IMG/VR virus record: IMGVR_UViG_3300014720_000003
Span: 1 to 64,000 of that record
DNA: 64,000 nt
Origin: a virus
Strand: one strand, 5' to 3'
The translations under genes and the position numbers were made by a program. The notes below the pieces were generated by a model that was given only the letters and a program-made list of their open reading frames with translations, was not told the DNA's origin and ran no database searches. Shown here piece after piece: positions 22,889-31,072 of the stretch (position 1 is its first letter; each line of letters begins with the position of its first letter).

Positions 22889-23833
22889 TCAAATAGCGTT
22901 GGCAAACTCCAGGGCACTTTCCAACGCCTTATTATTATCGTTAGCGTTCTGGCCGAACCAGAGGCTATCGAGACGATTATCAGTAGTGCGACCCTTACCA
23001 TAGTTCAGGTACTCGTTGAAGCCATTATAAGCGGCCCACCAAGTACCAGCCACACCAACCGCACTCTGCTTCGGACCCTCGATACGGGCCAGAATATCGT
23101 CCATAATATTACGGGTACGAGTCTTAATATCCTCGTCAGCACCCTTAATATTCAGCACAATCTTAACATACTTCTCAATATCCTTCTGGTTGAACTGCTT
23201 GGTAGCCAGGAAACGATACTGTTCCGCAGTAGCCTCAAATCCAGCGTTAATATTGTCCATAACATCACGCACCGTTTCCAGATTCTTCTGGCTGGAGCGG
23301 GTATGACGAATACGGATCAGTTTACTATCATTATGCTTGTGGGCATAAGACAGTGTATTAACACACACAACACGAATCGGGGTATAACCCACGCGAATAG
23401 CAGTCGAGCCGTCGTGACTATTACTCAGCAGGATAAACTTGCTGACCTCATCACCGCGAACAATCTCGCTGTTATCACGATTCAACTGAGCAAGCACCCA
23501 AACCTTCTGACCGCTATGAAGCGATCCGGCAGTATGAATAGCACACTCATTAGCATCCAGAAACGGCTGGAACCAATCAAAAGCATCCTTATTCTGGAGA
23601 GGGGTATAACGCGGACCCACAACGCCCAGGATACTACCATCGGTCTTACGATAGGTTGCACGATGGTTAACGGGTGTACCGTCAACAGTCTGCAAATCCT
23701 TCAGGCCGACTTCCCAATCTAGACCAGCCTCAACAATAGCGTCGTTAATCGTGACGCCCTCATCAACCTTGTTCCCCAGGCCGTGCCAGGGAGTCTCACC
23801 GACAAACATCATCTTCTCAACAGCAGCAGGCAT
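22889..23833 (-). CDS. DUF932 / TIGR03299 phage-plasmid protein
   Basis: PWHGLG, LGVVG.RY.PLQN, TAGSL..G.KVW, NSHDGS, PIRVVCVNTL. Confidence 0.92.
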   Translation of the reverse strand: MPAAVEKMMFVGETPWHGLGNKVDEGVTINDAIVEAGLDWEVGLKDLQTVDGTPVNHRATYRKTDGSILGVVGPRYTPLQNKDAFDWFQPFLDANECAIHTAGSLHSGQKVWVLAQLNRDNSEIVRGDEVSKFILLSNSHDGSTAIRVGYTPIRVVCVNTLSYAHKHNDSKLIRIRHTRSSQKNLETVRDVMDNINAGFEATAEQYRFLATKQFNQKDIEKYVKIVLNIKGADEDIKTRTRNIMDDILARIEGPKQSAVGVAGTWWAAYNGFNEYLNYGKGRTTDNRLDSLWFGQNANDNNKALESALEFANAI

Positions 23834-23876
23834 AATCAACTCCTTCGTGGTTAGTGTCACTCGCTTCGATGCACTG

Positions 23877-23917
23877 ATTCTACCATAGGTTATCGGCAAG
23901 TCAACAGGGCGGCTTGA
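23877..23917 (-). promoter_or_regulatory. composite early promoter
   Basis: TTGACT-16-TAGAAT plus TCAA-N16-GCCGATAA. Confidence 0.75.
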
Positions 23918-23972
23918 AAGTTTTTTGTCTGCCATTTTGGCAGCCGGGCCGGCCGCTCTGCCATTATGGCAG

Positions 23973-24470
23973 TTAGGTAATATTCAGGAGAGGAACTCCC
24001 AAATCACGTTGGCACAATTTAGAACCATCAATGTTAGAGTGATAAGCACACTCATCCGGCATATAGCAATAAACTCCAATGCATTTTGCCATTGGGATTT
24101 CTTCTTTGATAAGATTTTTAATACGACGAACTGTGCTTCCACTACAGATGAGATCATCAATAATGATATAACGATAGGGAGATACTCCCTCAATTTTAAA
24201 AGAACTATAAGATCGTTCATTTTTTCTAACCACAACAATATGTTTATCAAGCAACTCTGCGATTTGTGGAACCACCATCAATCCGCTAGTACCACAGCAC
24301 GCGATACTATCAAAATCATTGATAATTTTTCTAAGATTACAAACAGCACGAATAATAATCTTGTTTCGTGTTTTATGATTCAGAATAAAAGAGGTATGAT
24401 TAGAACCTTGAATATATCTACCATCATTCATTTGACGATGAGCATCAATATCAGAGTCAAGAATATTCAT
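23973..24470 (-). CDS. type I phosphoribosyltransferase-like protein
   Basis: PRPP-binding motif YIIIDDLICSGST; VVVRK. Confidence 0.85.
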   Translation of the reverse strand: MNILDSDIDAHRQMNDGRYIQGSNHTSFILNHKTRNKIIIRAVCNLRKIINDFDSIACCGTSGLMVVPQIAELLDKHIVVVRKNERSYSSFKIEGVSPYRYIIIDDLICSGSTVRRIKNLIKEEIPMAKCIGVYCYMPDECAYHSNIDGSKLCQRDLGVPLLNIT

Positions 24471-24474
24471 AAAA

Positions 24475-24565
24475 AGCGGATGGTACGATTTGAACGTACT
24501 AAGAAAGGAAGATAAAGCGTATTATGGCTTATAATAGAATACTTGTCCCACCAAGTTGCATCCGC
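24475..24565 (-). pseudogene. tRNA-like element / pseudo-tRNA
   Basis: Perfect acceptor GCGGATG/CATCCGC and T-arm GTACG-TTCAAAT-CGTAC; non-canonical D, anticodon and variable regions. Confidence 0.6.
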
Positions 24566-24575
24566 CGAGAAAAGG

Positions 24576-24752
24576 TTATTCGTCCGAAAGTTCATCCATT
24601 ACATCGTGATAATAACAGTCAAATTCCCGTTCATTAGAATAGTCATAATCATACTCATCATCAGAGTAGATATCTTCGTCATCGTCCTCATAGAGAGCAT
24701 CACTGTCCTCTACAATACGATCATAATCATACTCATATTCATCATCAAACAT
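24576..24752 (-). CDS. 58-aa hyperacidic, Tyr-rich protein (absent from the ORF track)
   Basis: AAAGGAG RBS; own TTGACA-17-TAGAAT promoter at 24774-24802. Confidence 0.75.
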   Translation of the reverse strand: MFDDEYEYDYDRIVEDSDALYEDDDEDIYSDDEYDYDYSNEREFDCYYHDVMDELSDE

Positions 24753-24803
24753 AAGCCTTTTCTCCTTTATCCTATTCTACACCAAACGGGCCAAACTGTC
24801 AAG

Positions 24804-24876
24804 TGGAGGAGGTGGGACTCGAACCCACGATATTCTGATTAAAAGTCAGACTCTTTAGCCGCTAAGTTACTCCTCC
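24804..24876 (-). tRNA. tRNA-Lys(TTT)
   Basis: Anticodon arm TCTGA-CTTTTAA-TCAGA. Confidence 0.92.
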
Positions 24877-24993
24877 GAACAGTAGTGATTCTACCAGTTA
24901 GTATCGGCTTGTCAATCACGCTACTTCAAAGAAAATTTCTGCCATTTTGGCTGACTAAAGCCACCCTAGCCAAATCCGTAGGATTAGGTAAAA

Positions 24994-25080
24994 CGGAATC
25001 TGAGGGATTCGAACCCCCGGAGGATTTTAACCCTCGGCGGTTTAGTAAACCGCTGCCTTAAACCACTCGGCCAAGATTCC
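24994..25080 (-). tRNA. tRNA-Ser(ACT)
   Basis: GGA acceptor, long variable arm, G73; anticodon arm GCGGT-TTACTAA-ACCGC. Confidence 0.88.
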
Positions 25081-25083
25081 AAA

Positions 25084-25168
25084 CTGCCCCGGTAGGACTC
25101 GAACCTACAATGTCTATCAAGGACGGTGGATTAACAATCCACTGCGTTTACCATTCCGCCACAGGGCA
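25084..25168 (-). tRNA. tRNA-Asn(GTT) with long variable arm
   Basis: Anticodon arm GTGGA-TTGTTAA-TCCAC, U1-A72, G73, 17-nt variable region. Confidence 0.85.
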
Positions 25169-25170
25169 TC

Positions 25171-25242
25171 ATGCTCGGGGTGGACTCGAACCACCAACAA
25201 CAACATCCAAAGTGTTGCGTTCTACCTTTGAACTACCGAGCA
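25171..25242 (-). tRNA. tRNA-Gln(TTG)
   Basis: Anticodon arm CAACA-CTTTGGA-TGTTG; U1-A72. Confidence 0.9.
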
Positions 25243-25314
25243 AGCCCACAGAGGGAATCGAACCCCCATCCGATGATTACAAATCAACTGTAATAGCCAT
25301 TATACTATGCGGGC
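25243..25314 (-). tRNA. tRNA-Thr(TGT)
   Basis: GCC acceptor; loop TTTGTAA. Confidence 0.9.
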
Positions 25315-25350
25315 GTGGACTACATATCATACTCATTCCGCCAAGTTTTG

Positions 25351-25689
25351 TCAACGGCGGATCGTGTGCGTTGACGCTTGGGCCGATTGTCCATAACCGT
25401 GTGCCGATACTCCTTGTGGCCCGTGGGCACCTCCCAGTGCTTCTTGACCTTGATCTGGATATTCTCGTATTTGCGGCGGGAAGTCATACCATTGTCCGTT
25501 TTCGTGAAGGTAAAAAATTCTTTTAATATTAGGATCGTAAGCCATCAGACAGTATTGTACCGGATAGGTTGGTTTTGTCAATACGGGTTTTTGAGGCAAA
25601 GGGATTTTAATATCACCCTTTTGATAATCTTTCAATCCCGTATATGCTAATCCCAACAATGCTACCAATACACCTATCCATTGTATCAT
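25351..25689 (-). CDS. membrane-anchored hypothetical protein
   Basis: N-terminal TM helix WIGVLVALLGLAY. Confidence 0.6.
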   Translation of the reverse strand: MIQWIGVLVALLGLAYTGLKDYQKGDIKIPLPQKPVLTKPTYPVQYCLMAYDPNIKRIFYLHENGQWYDFPPQIREYPDQGQEALGGAHGPQGVSAHGYGQSAQASTHTIRR

Positions 25690-25731
25690 ACCCGATCCTC
25701 TTTGCAAGCGCCCTCTGGAAACCATACCATT

Positions 25732-25759
25732 TTATCGGCAAACCAGCAGCAAAACTTTA
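25732..25759 (-). promoter_or_regulatory. sigma28-like promoter without a good sigma70 -35
   Basis: TAAAGTTT-N12-GCCGATAA. Confidence 0.6.
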
Positions 25760-25804
25760 ACTGCCATTTTGGCAGCTCGGCCGCGCCGCCTGCCGTTTTG
25801 ACAG

Positions 25805-26173
25805 CTATGGCTTTAGTATGCCAGCGTGGATTTCGCCGTGGCAGTTTCTACATACCAGAATACATTTATCTAGTTCTTGTTTTATTTTAACTTCATTCTT
25901 TTTAAAAGAAGTATTTCTAAAATGGCTAATCTCAAAATCTTTTTTATTTGGATCCAAGTGATGAAAATCTAAAGATCCTATATATTTATTGTAACCACAA
26001 CATACACACTTATTGCCTTTATATTCAGCACATTTCTTTTTAAAGTCTCGCTGTCTATCTAAGGTATTTTGATGATTACATTTTCTACAATAACTTTGTA
26101 TCTTACCTTTTCTAATACCTGATTTTACTTTGTATGGATTTTTTTCTATTTGACCACATTTTACACATTTCAT
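25805..26173 (-). CDS. HNH endonuclease
   Basis: CVCCGY...LDFHHLDP..K...CILVCRNCHGEIH. Confidence 0.9.
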   Translation of the reverse strand: MKCVKCGQIEKNPYKVKSGIRKGKIQSYCRKCNHQNTLDRQRDFKKKCAEYKGNKCVCCGYNKYIGSLDFHHLDPNKKDFEISHFRNTSFKKNEVKIKQELDKCILVCRNCHGEIHAGILKP

Positions 26174-26225
26174 AATGAACCTCATGGACAGAACATAAAT
26201 ATCTATCCATATTATACACTATAAG

Positions 26226-26298
26226 TACTGCCGGAAGGATTTGCACCCTCGTAAATCAACTTAGAAGGTTGATGCCTAATCTACTCGGCCACGGCAGC
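26226..26298 (-). tRNA. tRNA-Arg(TCT)
   Basis: Anticodon arm TCAAC-CTTCTAA-GTTGA; T-loop variant TGCAAAT. Confidence 0.88.
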
Positions 26299-26300
26299 AT

Positions 26301-26343
26301 AAAAGCCGATAGCCGCTAGTATCACTACCAGCGGTCTATCGGT
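26301..26343 (-). terminator. hairpin/terminator
   Basis: CCGATAG-CCGCT stem followed by TTTT. Confidence 0.55.
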
Positions 26344-26363
26344 ATTATAACATATTGTTATAC

Positions 26364-26618
26364 TCAGGCAACAGCCTCCGCATCCGCTTCGACCTTGCTG
26401 TTGTGGGCATCGCCAGCCTGCTTGGCTGTGACACCCGTGACGCGGGCACGCCACACCTTATCACCCTGCTCGCTGAACGCCTTGACCTCACCGGCCTTGA
26501 CGTTAGCGTGAACGTCACCCGGAAGTGCATCACTCAGGCAGGACGAAATCGAATCCACAACAGTATCACGGTCCAGTTCATCAGCAACAATATCGACAAT
26601 AAAAGAAAACTTCTTCAT
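26364..26618 (-). CDS. hypothetical protein
   Basis: GGAGG RBS and upstream TTGACA promoter. Confidence 0.7.
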   Translation of the reverse strand: MKKFSFIVDIVADELDRDTVVDSISSCLSDALPGDVHANVKAGEVKAFSEQGDKVWRARVTGVTAKQAGDAHNSKVEADAEAVA

Positions 26619-26857
26619 GGCAAACCTCCAAGTTAGTGTTAGTTCCAAACCAGTAAATGAATCATATCACGAACCATATCACTTGTCAAGGGGCCAATCT
26701 GAACTTTCGTAGAGTTGAGATCAGTTGGCTTCTTGTCGTGTGATGCTATCATTCTACCATAGGTATCGGCACTGTCAACCGCCCTACATGAATATTTTTT
26801 GGGTGCCATTTTGGCAGCTCGGCCGCGCCGCCTGCCGTTTTGGCATTTGGCTTTATG

Positions 26858-27214
26858 CTAGGCGTTCAGTACCCAACATTCACAACCACAAGCGGTCAAC
26901 TCGGCACTCAGTTTCTCAGCCACTTCCTGAGACAGTGGCGGCGTGAAATTGGCCTTTGAGTCGTACTGGCAACTCTCCACCCATTCCTTACTTTCCTTGA
27001 GTCCCCAGCCAGTAGCAAGCCTGAGAGCCTTGATGGCGGGAATCTTGTGATCCCAAAACTGACCATCAAAACGCACACCCCTGCAACCCACAAGTCGCTT
27101 CACATTACCCGTTGCCTCTTCCAGAGCCTTGATGATTCTCTCGTACAGATCGGGGCTATCGGTGTTAGAAGCCATACTCACCATCTCACGAATCGTCATA
27201 CCAATACTAATCAT
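26858..27214 (-). CDS. ribosomal protein bL12 C-terminal-domain-like protein
   Basis: KIPAIKALRLATGWGLKESKEWVE...EVAEKL..EL...G resembles the bL12 CTD (KIxVIKxVRxxTGLGLKEAKxLVE). Confidence 0.7.
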   Translation of the reverse strand: MISIGMTIREMVSMASNTDSPDLYERIIKALEEATGNVKRLVGCRGVRFDGQFWDHKIPAIKALRLATGWGLKESKEWVESCQYDSKANFTPPLSQEVAEKLSAELTACGCECWVLNA

Positions 27215-27618
27215 GTTCTTTCCTCCAAAACGTAAACTTGTTTGCCTTGTGTAATCAGAGAGTCATATTGGGAATCGTCCCATGCGAACTCGCCACAATC
27301 TGATTCTCTACGCCACCTAATATCTTTGATGGGATTGTAATACAACTTCTCAAGGTCGTCAACACCAATCTCATTATTTATGATAACCGTATCACACTTT
27401 ACCCAACCAGCCACATCCTTCACACCAGCCTCATGAACTTTCTTAGCCTTATTCACTTTATTTACCAGTTTGCAACTCAACATCTCTAACTGATAAAGAG
27501 CCGGATCATAATAAAACTCTTGAAGTTTCTTTCTGCCACACATGGCCTTGACTTGCCAGTGCATATAGTTTGGCCCACGAGCCAGATGAAATCGTACTTC
27601 GTAGTGTGTTCGTGTCAT
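27211..27618 (-). CDS. hypothetical protein (probably leaderless)
   Basis: TTGACA-17-TATACT-6-ATG. Confidence 0.7.
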   Translation of the reverse strand: MTRTHYEVRFHLARGPNYMHWQVKAMCGRKKLQEFYYDPALYQLEMLSCKLVNKVNKAKKVHEAGVKDVAGWVKCDTVIINNEIGVDDLEKLYYNPIKDIRWRRESDCGEFAWDDSQYDSLITQGKQVYVLEERT

Positions 27619-27708
27619 GCGACTAGTATACCTTATCGGTTATTGGTTGTCAAGACTATACACTTTCGCTGACTATCGCCAAGACCGCAAATCCGTAGGA
27701 TTAGGAAA

Positions 27709-27828
27709 AACAGGATGGGCGGCACCTATTCCTACCCCTGCTTTCGCAGTCTCGGAGGCCACATGGAAGTTGCCTTCGCTCTGTTGTGCTTTGCCTCGTC
27801 ATACGGTAAACCGTCGCCCATTCCTGTT
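27709..27828 (-). ncRNA. candidate 120-nt structured ncRNA with its own promoter
   Basis: Terminal stem AACAGG(A)ATGGGCG/CGCCCATCCTGTT; GCAA and GAAA tetraloop hairpins; TTGACA-17-TATACT just upstream. Confidence 0.65.
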
Positions 27829-27935
27829 CTATTGAGAAGTATATCCTTATAGATCGGCATTGTCAATAGGATTCTTTAGTGCCATTTTGGCAGGCGGCGC
27901 GGCCCATCTGCCGTTTTGGCAGCGTGGGTTTTGTT

Positions 27936-28400
27936 TTATGCTTCTACTTCATCAGTAAAAAACTCGTCAAGGTTGTAATCTTCCCACACTCTAACAGGAA
28001 TCACACCCTTATTATTTCCATATTCCGTACACAGATCTTCACCATCATGCCAGATACCACAATAGCCTATTCCAGGCTCAAAATAACTAGCATCAACCAT
28101 AAAGCCCAACCTATCCAACTCCTCATACAATCCAATGGGAGGACTCCACGCACTATCAAAACTCATGGTAGCCTCATTATCCACAACCGTAGGATTCAAC
28201 CCGTGAACTTCACCATTATCACTACCAATATCCCACTTGGTTCCCCAGTTCTCGATATTCCAGTCGTACCAATCTTCACCCTCTGGCATCGGCAAATAAT
28301 GTTCACAAGCCTTACCCTCCTTGAAGGCATGAACAAACTCCATAACCTTAGACCGATCCTCATGGCTAATCTTCAACTTGTTCAAGCACCAGTTTGGCAT
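27936..28400 (-). CDS. DUF1281/YubB-like ferredoxin-fold protein
   Basis: MPNWC, YDWNIENWGTKWD, FDSAWSPP. Confidence 0.8.
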   Translation of the reverse strand: MPNWCLNKLKISHEDRSKVMEFVHAFKEGKACEHYLPMPEGEDWYDWNIENWGTKWDIGSDNGEVHGLNPTVVDNEATMSFDSAWSPPIGLYEELDRLGFMVDASYFEPGIGYCGIWHDGEDLCTEYGNNKGVIPVRVWEDYNLDEFFTDEVEA

Positions 28401-28475
28401 TGTATCCTCAGTTGTTGCAAGGAATAGACTTTTCCACACACTTTTCAACTATTCTACTACCCGTACTATCGGTTG

Positions 28476-28952
28476 TCAAGCGACCAAAACTTTGCCAAAA
28501 ATCTTTTTTCCCACATGCAAATCTCTGTGGCTATATTTAGAACCAACATATTTAGCAACAGTTCTAGTATCCATAACCCTAGCGGTCAAACCCTCTGGAC
28601 TAACAAACACCATAACCAGTTTGTGAAAGTTATTGGGGCAAATATGCTGAAACTTATAAGTATACTTGATTATTCCACCAACAATGGTCATTCTGGCTAG
28701 ACTAGACTTGACCTCAATCTTGCGACCATTCACAAGCATATCAAAAGAGTGAGTACCACCAATATAAGAAACAGTGTGACCAGCATCCTTATAATAATCC
28801 CTAATCATCCGTTCAATCACACCACCCCTATACTGACTACTCATCCTAGACAATCTATAGGCTAACAGATTCTTTTTCGGGCAAAAAATACTTTTCTTGT
28901 GGAATCCACGAACTTCGCCCAAAACCTTATCCAAATGAGTTGTAGTAAACAC
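28476..28952 (-). CDS. PD-(D/E)xK nuclease-like protein
   Basis: GGVIE...SFDMLVNGRKIEVKS. Confidence 0.6.
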   Translation of the reverse strand: MFTTTHLDKVLGEVRGFHKKSIFCPKKNLLAYRLSRMSSQYRGGVIERMIRDYYKDAGHTVSYIGGTHSFDMLVNGRKIEVKSSLARMTIVGGIIKYTYKFQHICPNNFHKLVMVFVSPEGLTARVMDTRTVAKYVGSKYSHRDLHVGKKIFGKVLVA

Positions 28953-29048
28953 AGCGATCTCCTTTGGGCGTATTCTAATACTAAATATCGTCTTGTCAAC
29001 AGATAAAACCTTATTGCCATTTTGGCAGTTGCCGCGGCCGGCCTGCCA

Positions 29049-29294
29049 TTATGGCAGGGGATCATTGTCGGACATTTTCCAGCCCGCGGCCCTTACAATA
29101 CTTTTAGTGGCTATTACATTCGTGGACGGATCAGCACTAACATAATCTCTATACCCTCTTTCATCAACATAAAAATATTCGTCGATAGTATCAAACTTAT
29201 TACAATCTGCTAATCCACAAATAGCGGCCTCTAGAGCATCTTTGCGACTAATAATAATACGCAAAGTACCTGATGCTACATAAAACTTGGACAT
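29049..29294 (-). CDS. hypothetical protein
   Basis: AAGGA RBS. Confidence 0.65.
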   Translation of the reverse strand: MSKFYVASGTLRIIISRKDALEAAICGLADCNKFDTIDEYFYVDERGYRDYVSADPSTNVIATKSIVRAAGWKMSDNDPLP

Positions 29295-29305
29295 TGTAAT
29301 ATCCT

Positions 29306-30010
29306 TTAGTGAGCAGGAAATAACACGTTAGCCAGACCACGCACGCACAAGTCACAAGATATACTATCTTTAGTACCAGTGCAAGTAATAGTAGCACGAC
29401 CACGACGAATCTCGGGACATGTCACAAACTTAGCACCATTCAGCACTACAAGTTTGGGCAGACTAGACCGCCAAGCATCCGCCTTTTTCTTGCCTCGCGG
29501 ACGCTTTGGAGCAATCTTTTCATCACTGTCGCACCACGCGAACAACTTGAACCCTTGGGACAGAGCCTCGCCCATATCGTTATCGTCGTGAACACTAGCA
29601 TAGACCGCCATATACTTTTCCAGACTAACAAGCCGACTATCATAAATATGGGTATAAAACCACATATTGGGCAGACTATCACCATCAGCAAGAATACTCT
29701 CACACGCCCATGTCACATTAGCAACATACTCTACGTCAAGTTCGCCATTGAGAAACCAATCACCACGCTCATGCCAGCGAATACTCTTTTCACGACGCTT
29801 CGCGTCCAGAATCATAGCACGGATTTTGTTTTTCTCCGTGACTATGTTAGCAAACCCTGCTGTACGGGCATTTTTATACTGATTCTCGGTAGCCTCGGCA
29901 TAGCAGCCGTTGCCGAGATAGTCACAATCGGGCGGACAAGTATCGCCAACGGGACGCGACACCACAATGCAACCCTTGCCCAACTTGTCATTACCGTCTG
30001 CGGTTTTCAT
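29306..30010 (-). CDS. Gp88-like Cys-rich protein
   Basis: TCPPDC.....GCYA, IRWHERGDW, YTH, C-terminal CP...C...CxxC. Confidence 0.6.
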   Translation of the reverse strand: MKTADGNDKLGKGCIVVSRPVGDTCPPDCDYLGNGCYAEATENQYKNARTAGFANIVTEKNKIRAMILDAKRREKSIRWHERGDWFLNGELDVEYVANVTWACESILADGDSLPNMWFYTHIYDSRLVSLEKYMAVYASVHDDNDMGEALSQGFKLFAWCDSDEKIAPKRPRGKKKADAWRSSLPKLVVLNGAKFVTCPEIRRGRATITCTGTKDSISCDLCVRGLANVLFPAH

Positions 30011-30198
30011 ATTTGTTTCTCCGTGTCTCTCGATTCTACAGTGTGGTATCGGCTTGTCAACACACAAACTTGAGCATAAAAAAGATTTTGTTTGGCACAA
30101 GGTTTGCTCGTTGCCATTTTGGCAGGCCGGCCGGCCGAGCTGCCATTTTGGCTGACTATCGCCACGACTGCCAAATCCGTAGGATTAGGAAAGACAAA

Positions 30199-30271
30199 TA
30201 GCCCCACGGAGGATCGAACTCCGATCTCCGGGATGAAAGCCCGGTATACTAAACCATTATACTATGGGGCC
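30199..30271 (-). tRNA. tRNA-Glu(TTC)
   Basis: Anticodon arm CCGGG-CTTTCAT-CCCGG. Confidence 0.92.
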
Positions 30272-30274
30272 AGA

Positions 30275-30445
30275 CTACTTATTATACTGTGGATCAACAA
30301 TCCTCTCAATCCAAATATTCTTACCAAACTTATCTTGTGCTTTTCTCATAGCATCAAACTCGCTCAATGCAACAACATAACCAGCAAACCGATTGTTGCT
30401 GAAAACACGCCAAGTATAGCCAGCATAGCAGAAAGTAGTATTCAT
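30275..30445 (-). CDS. 56-aa hypothetical protein (probably leaderless; absent from the ORF track)
   Basis: TTGACA-16-TAGAAT-6-ATG; MNTTFCYAGYTWRV... Confidence 0.6.
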   Translation of the reverse strand: MNTTFCYAGYTWRVFSNNRFAGYVVALSEFDAMRKAQDKFGKNIWIERIVDPQYNK

Positions 30446-30599
30446 GAGCGTATTCTACTATAGAGTATCGGTCTGTCAACAGAGATTCTTTACTGTCATT
30501 TTGGCAGATATCGCGGCCGGCCTGCCATTTTGGCATATTTGTTACTTATTGGTGTATATATAGTTATATCAGTAACAACTATACAAAAGGAATGCTAAA

Positions 30600-31046
30600 A
30601 TGTCTACCAAAAAAAGTTCTCGTTATGAATATCATAAACAGTGGAGAGAAAAGAATAAAGAAAAGAAAAAACTTAATGATAAAGTTTGGTATGAAGCTAA
30701 CAAAGAAAAATGTATTTTAAATAGAAAAAAATACAATGAAGCCAATAAAGAAAAAATAAAACTATATAATGAGACTAGAAGAAAAAATAACTATAACCAA
30801 TATTATTTGTTTATGAAAGATAAAAAATGTAATAGGTGTGGTTATTCTGATTATAGAGCCTTGGTTTGGCATCATATTGATCCAACTACAAAAAAATCAG
30901 ATATATCTGATATTGTGAGAGCGGGTAGGCAGTGGGAAGTTATCTTAGAAGAAATATCTAAATGTGAATGTTTATGTCAAAACTGTCACCATATAGAGCA
31001 CCATCCACACAAAAAACCCATCCGAGTTTCCTCAGATGGGTCTTAG
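30600..31046 (+). CDS. HNH endonuclease
   Basis: CNRCGY...LVWHHIDP..K...CECLCQNCHHIEH; AT-rich, opposite strand. Confidence 0.9.
   Translation: MSTKKSSRYEYHKQWREKNKEKKKLNDKVWYEANKEKCILNRKKYNEANKEKIKLYNETRRKNNYNQYYLFMKDKKCNRCGYSDYRALVWHHIDPTTKKSDISDIVRAGRQWEVILEEISKCECLCQNCHHIEHHPHKKPIRVSSDGS
31011..31041 (-). terminator. rho-independent terminator
   Basis: ACCCATCTGAG/CTCGGATGGGT plus T-run. Confidence 0.7.
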
Positions 31047-31072
31047 TAGGATAGTATTTTACTATATTTGAT

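Noticed and set aside
22775-24515. Plus-strand ORFs of 315 and 196 aa
   Set aside because: Antisense to the DUF932 and PRTase genes; starts fall in repeat elements
25110-25526. Plus-strand 138-aa ORF
   Set aside because: Antisense to the tRNA cluster
27709-27828. Hammerhead ribozyme or c-di-GMP riboswitch identity
   Set aside because: The conserved cores are not correctly present; kept only as an unknown RNA
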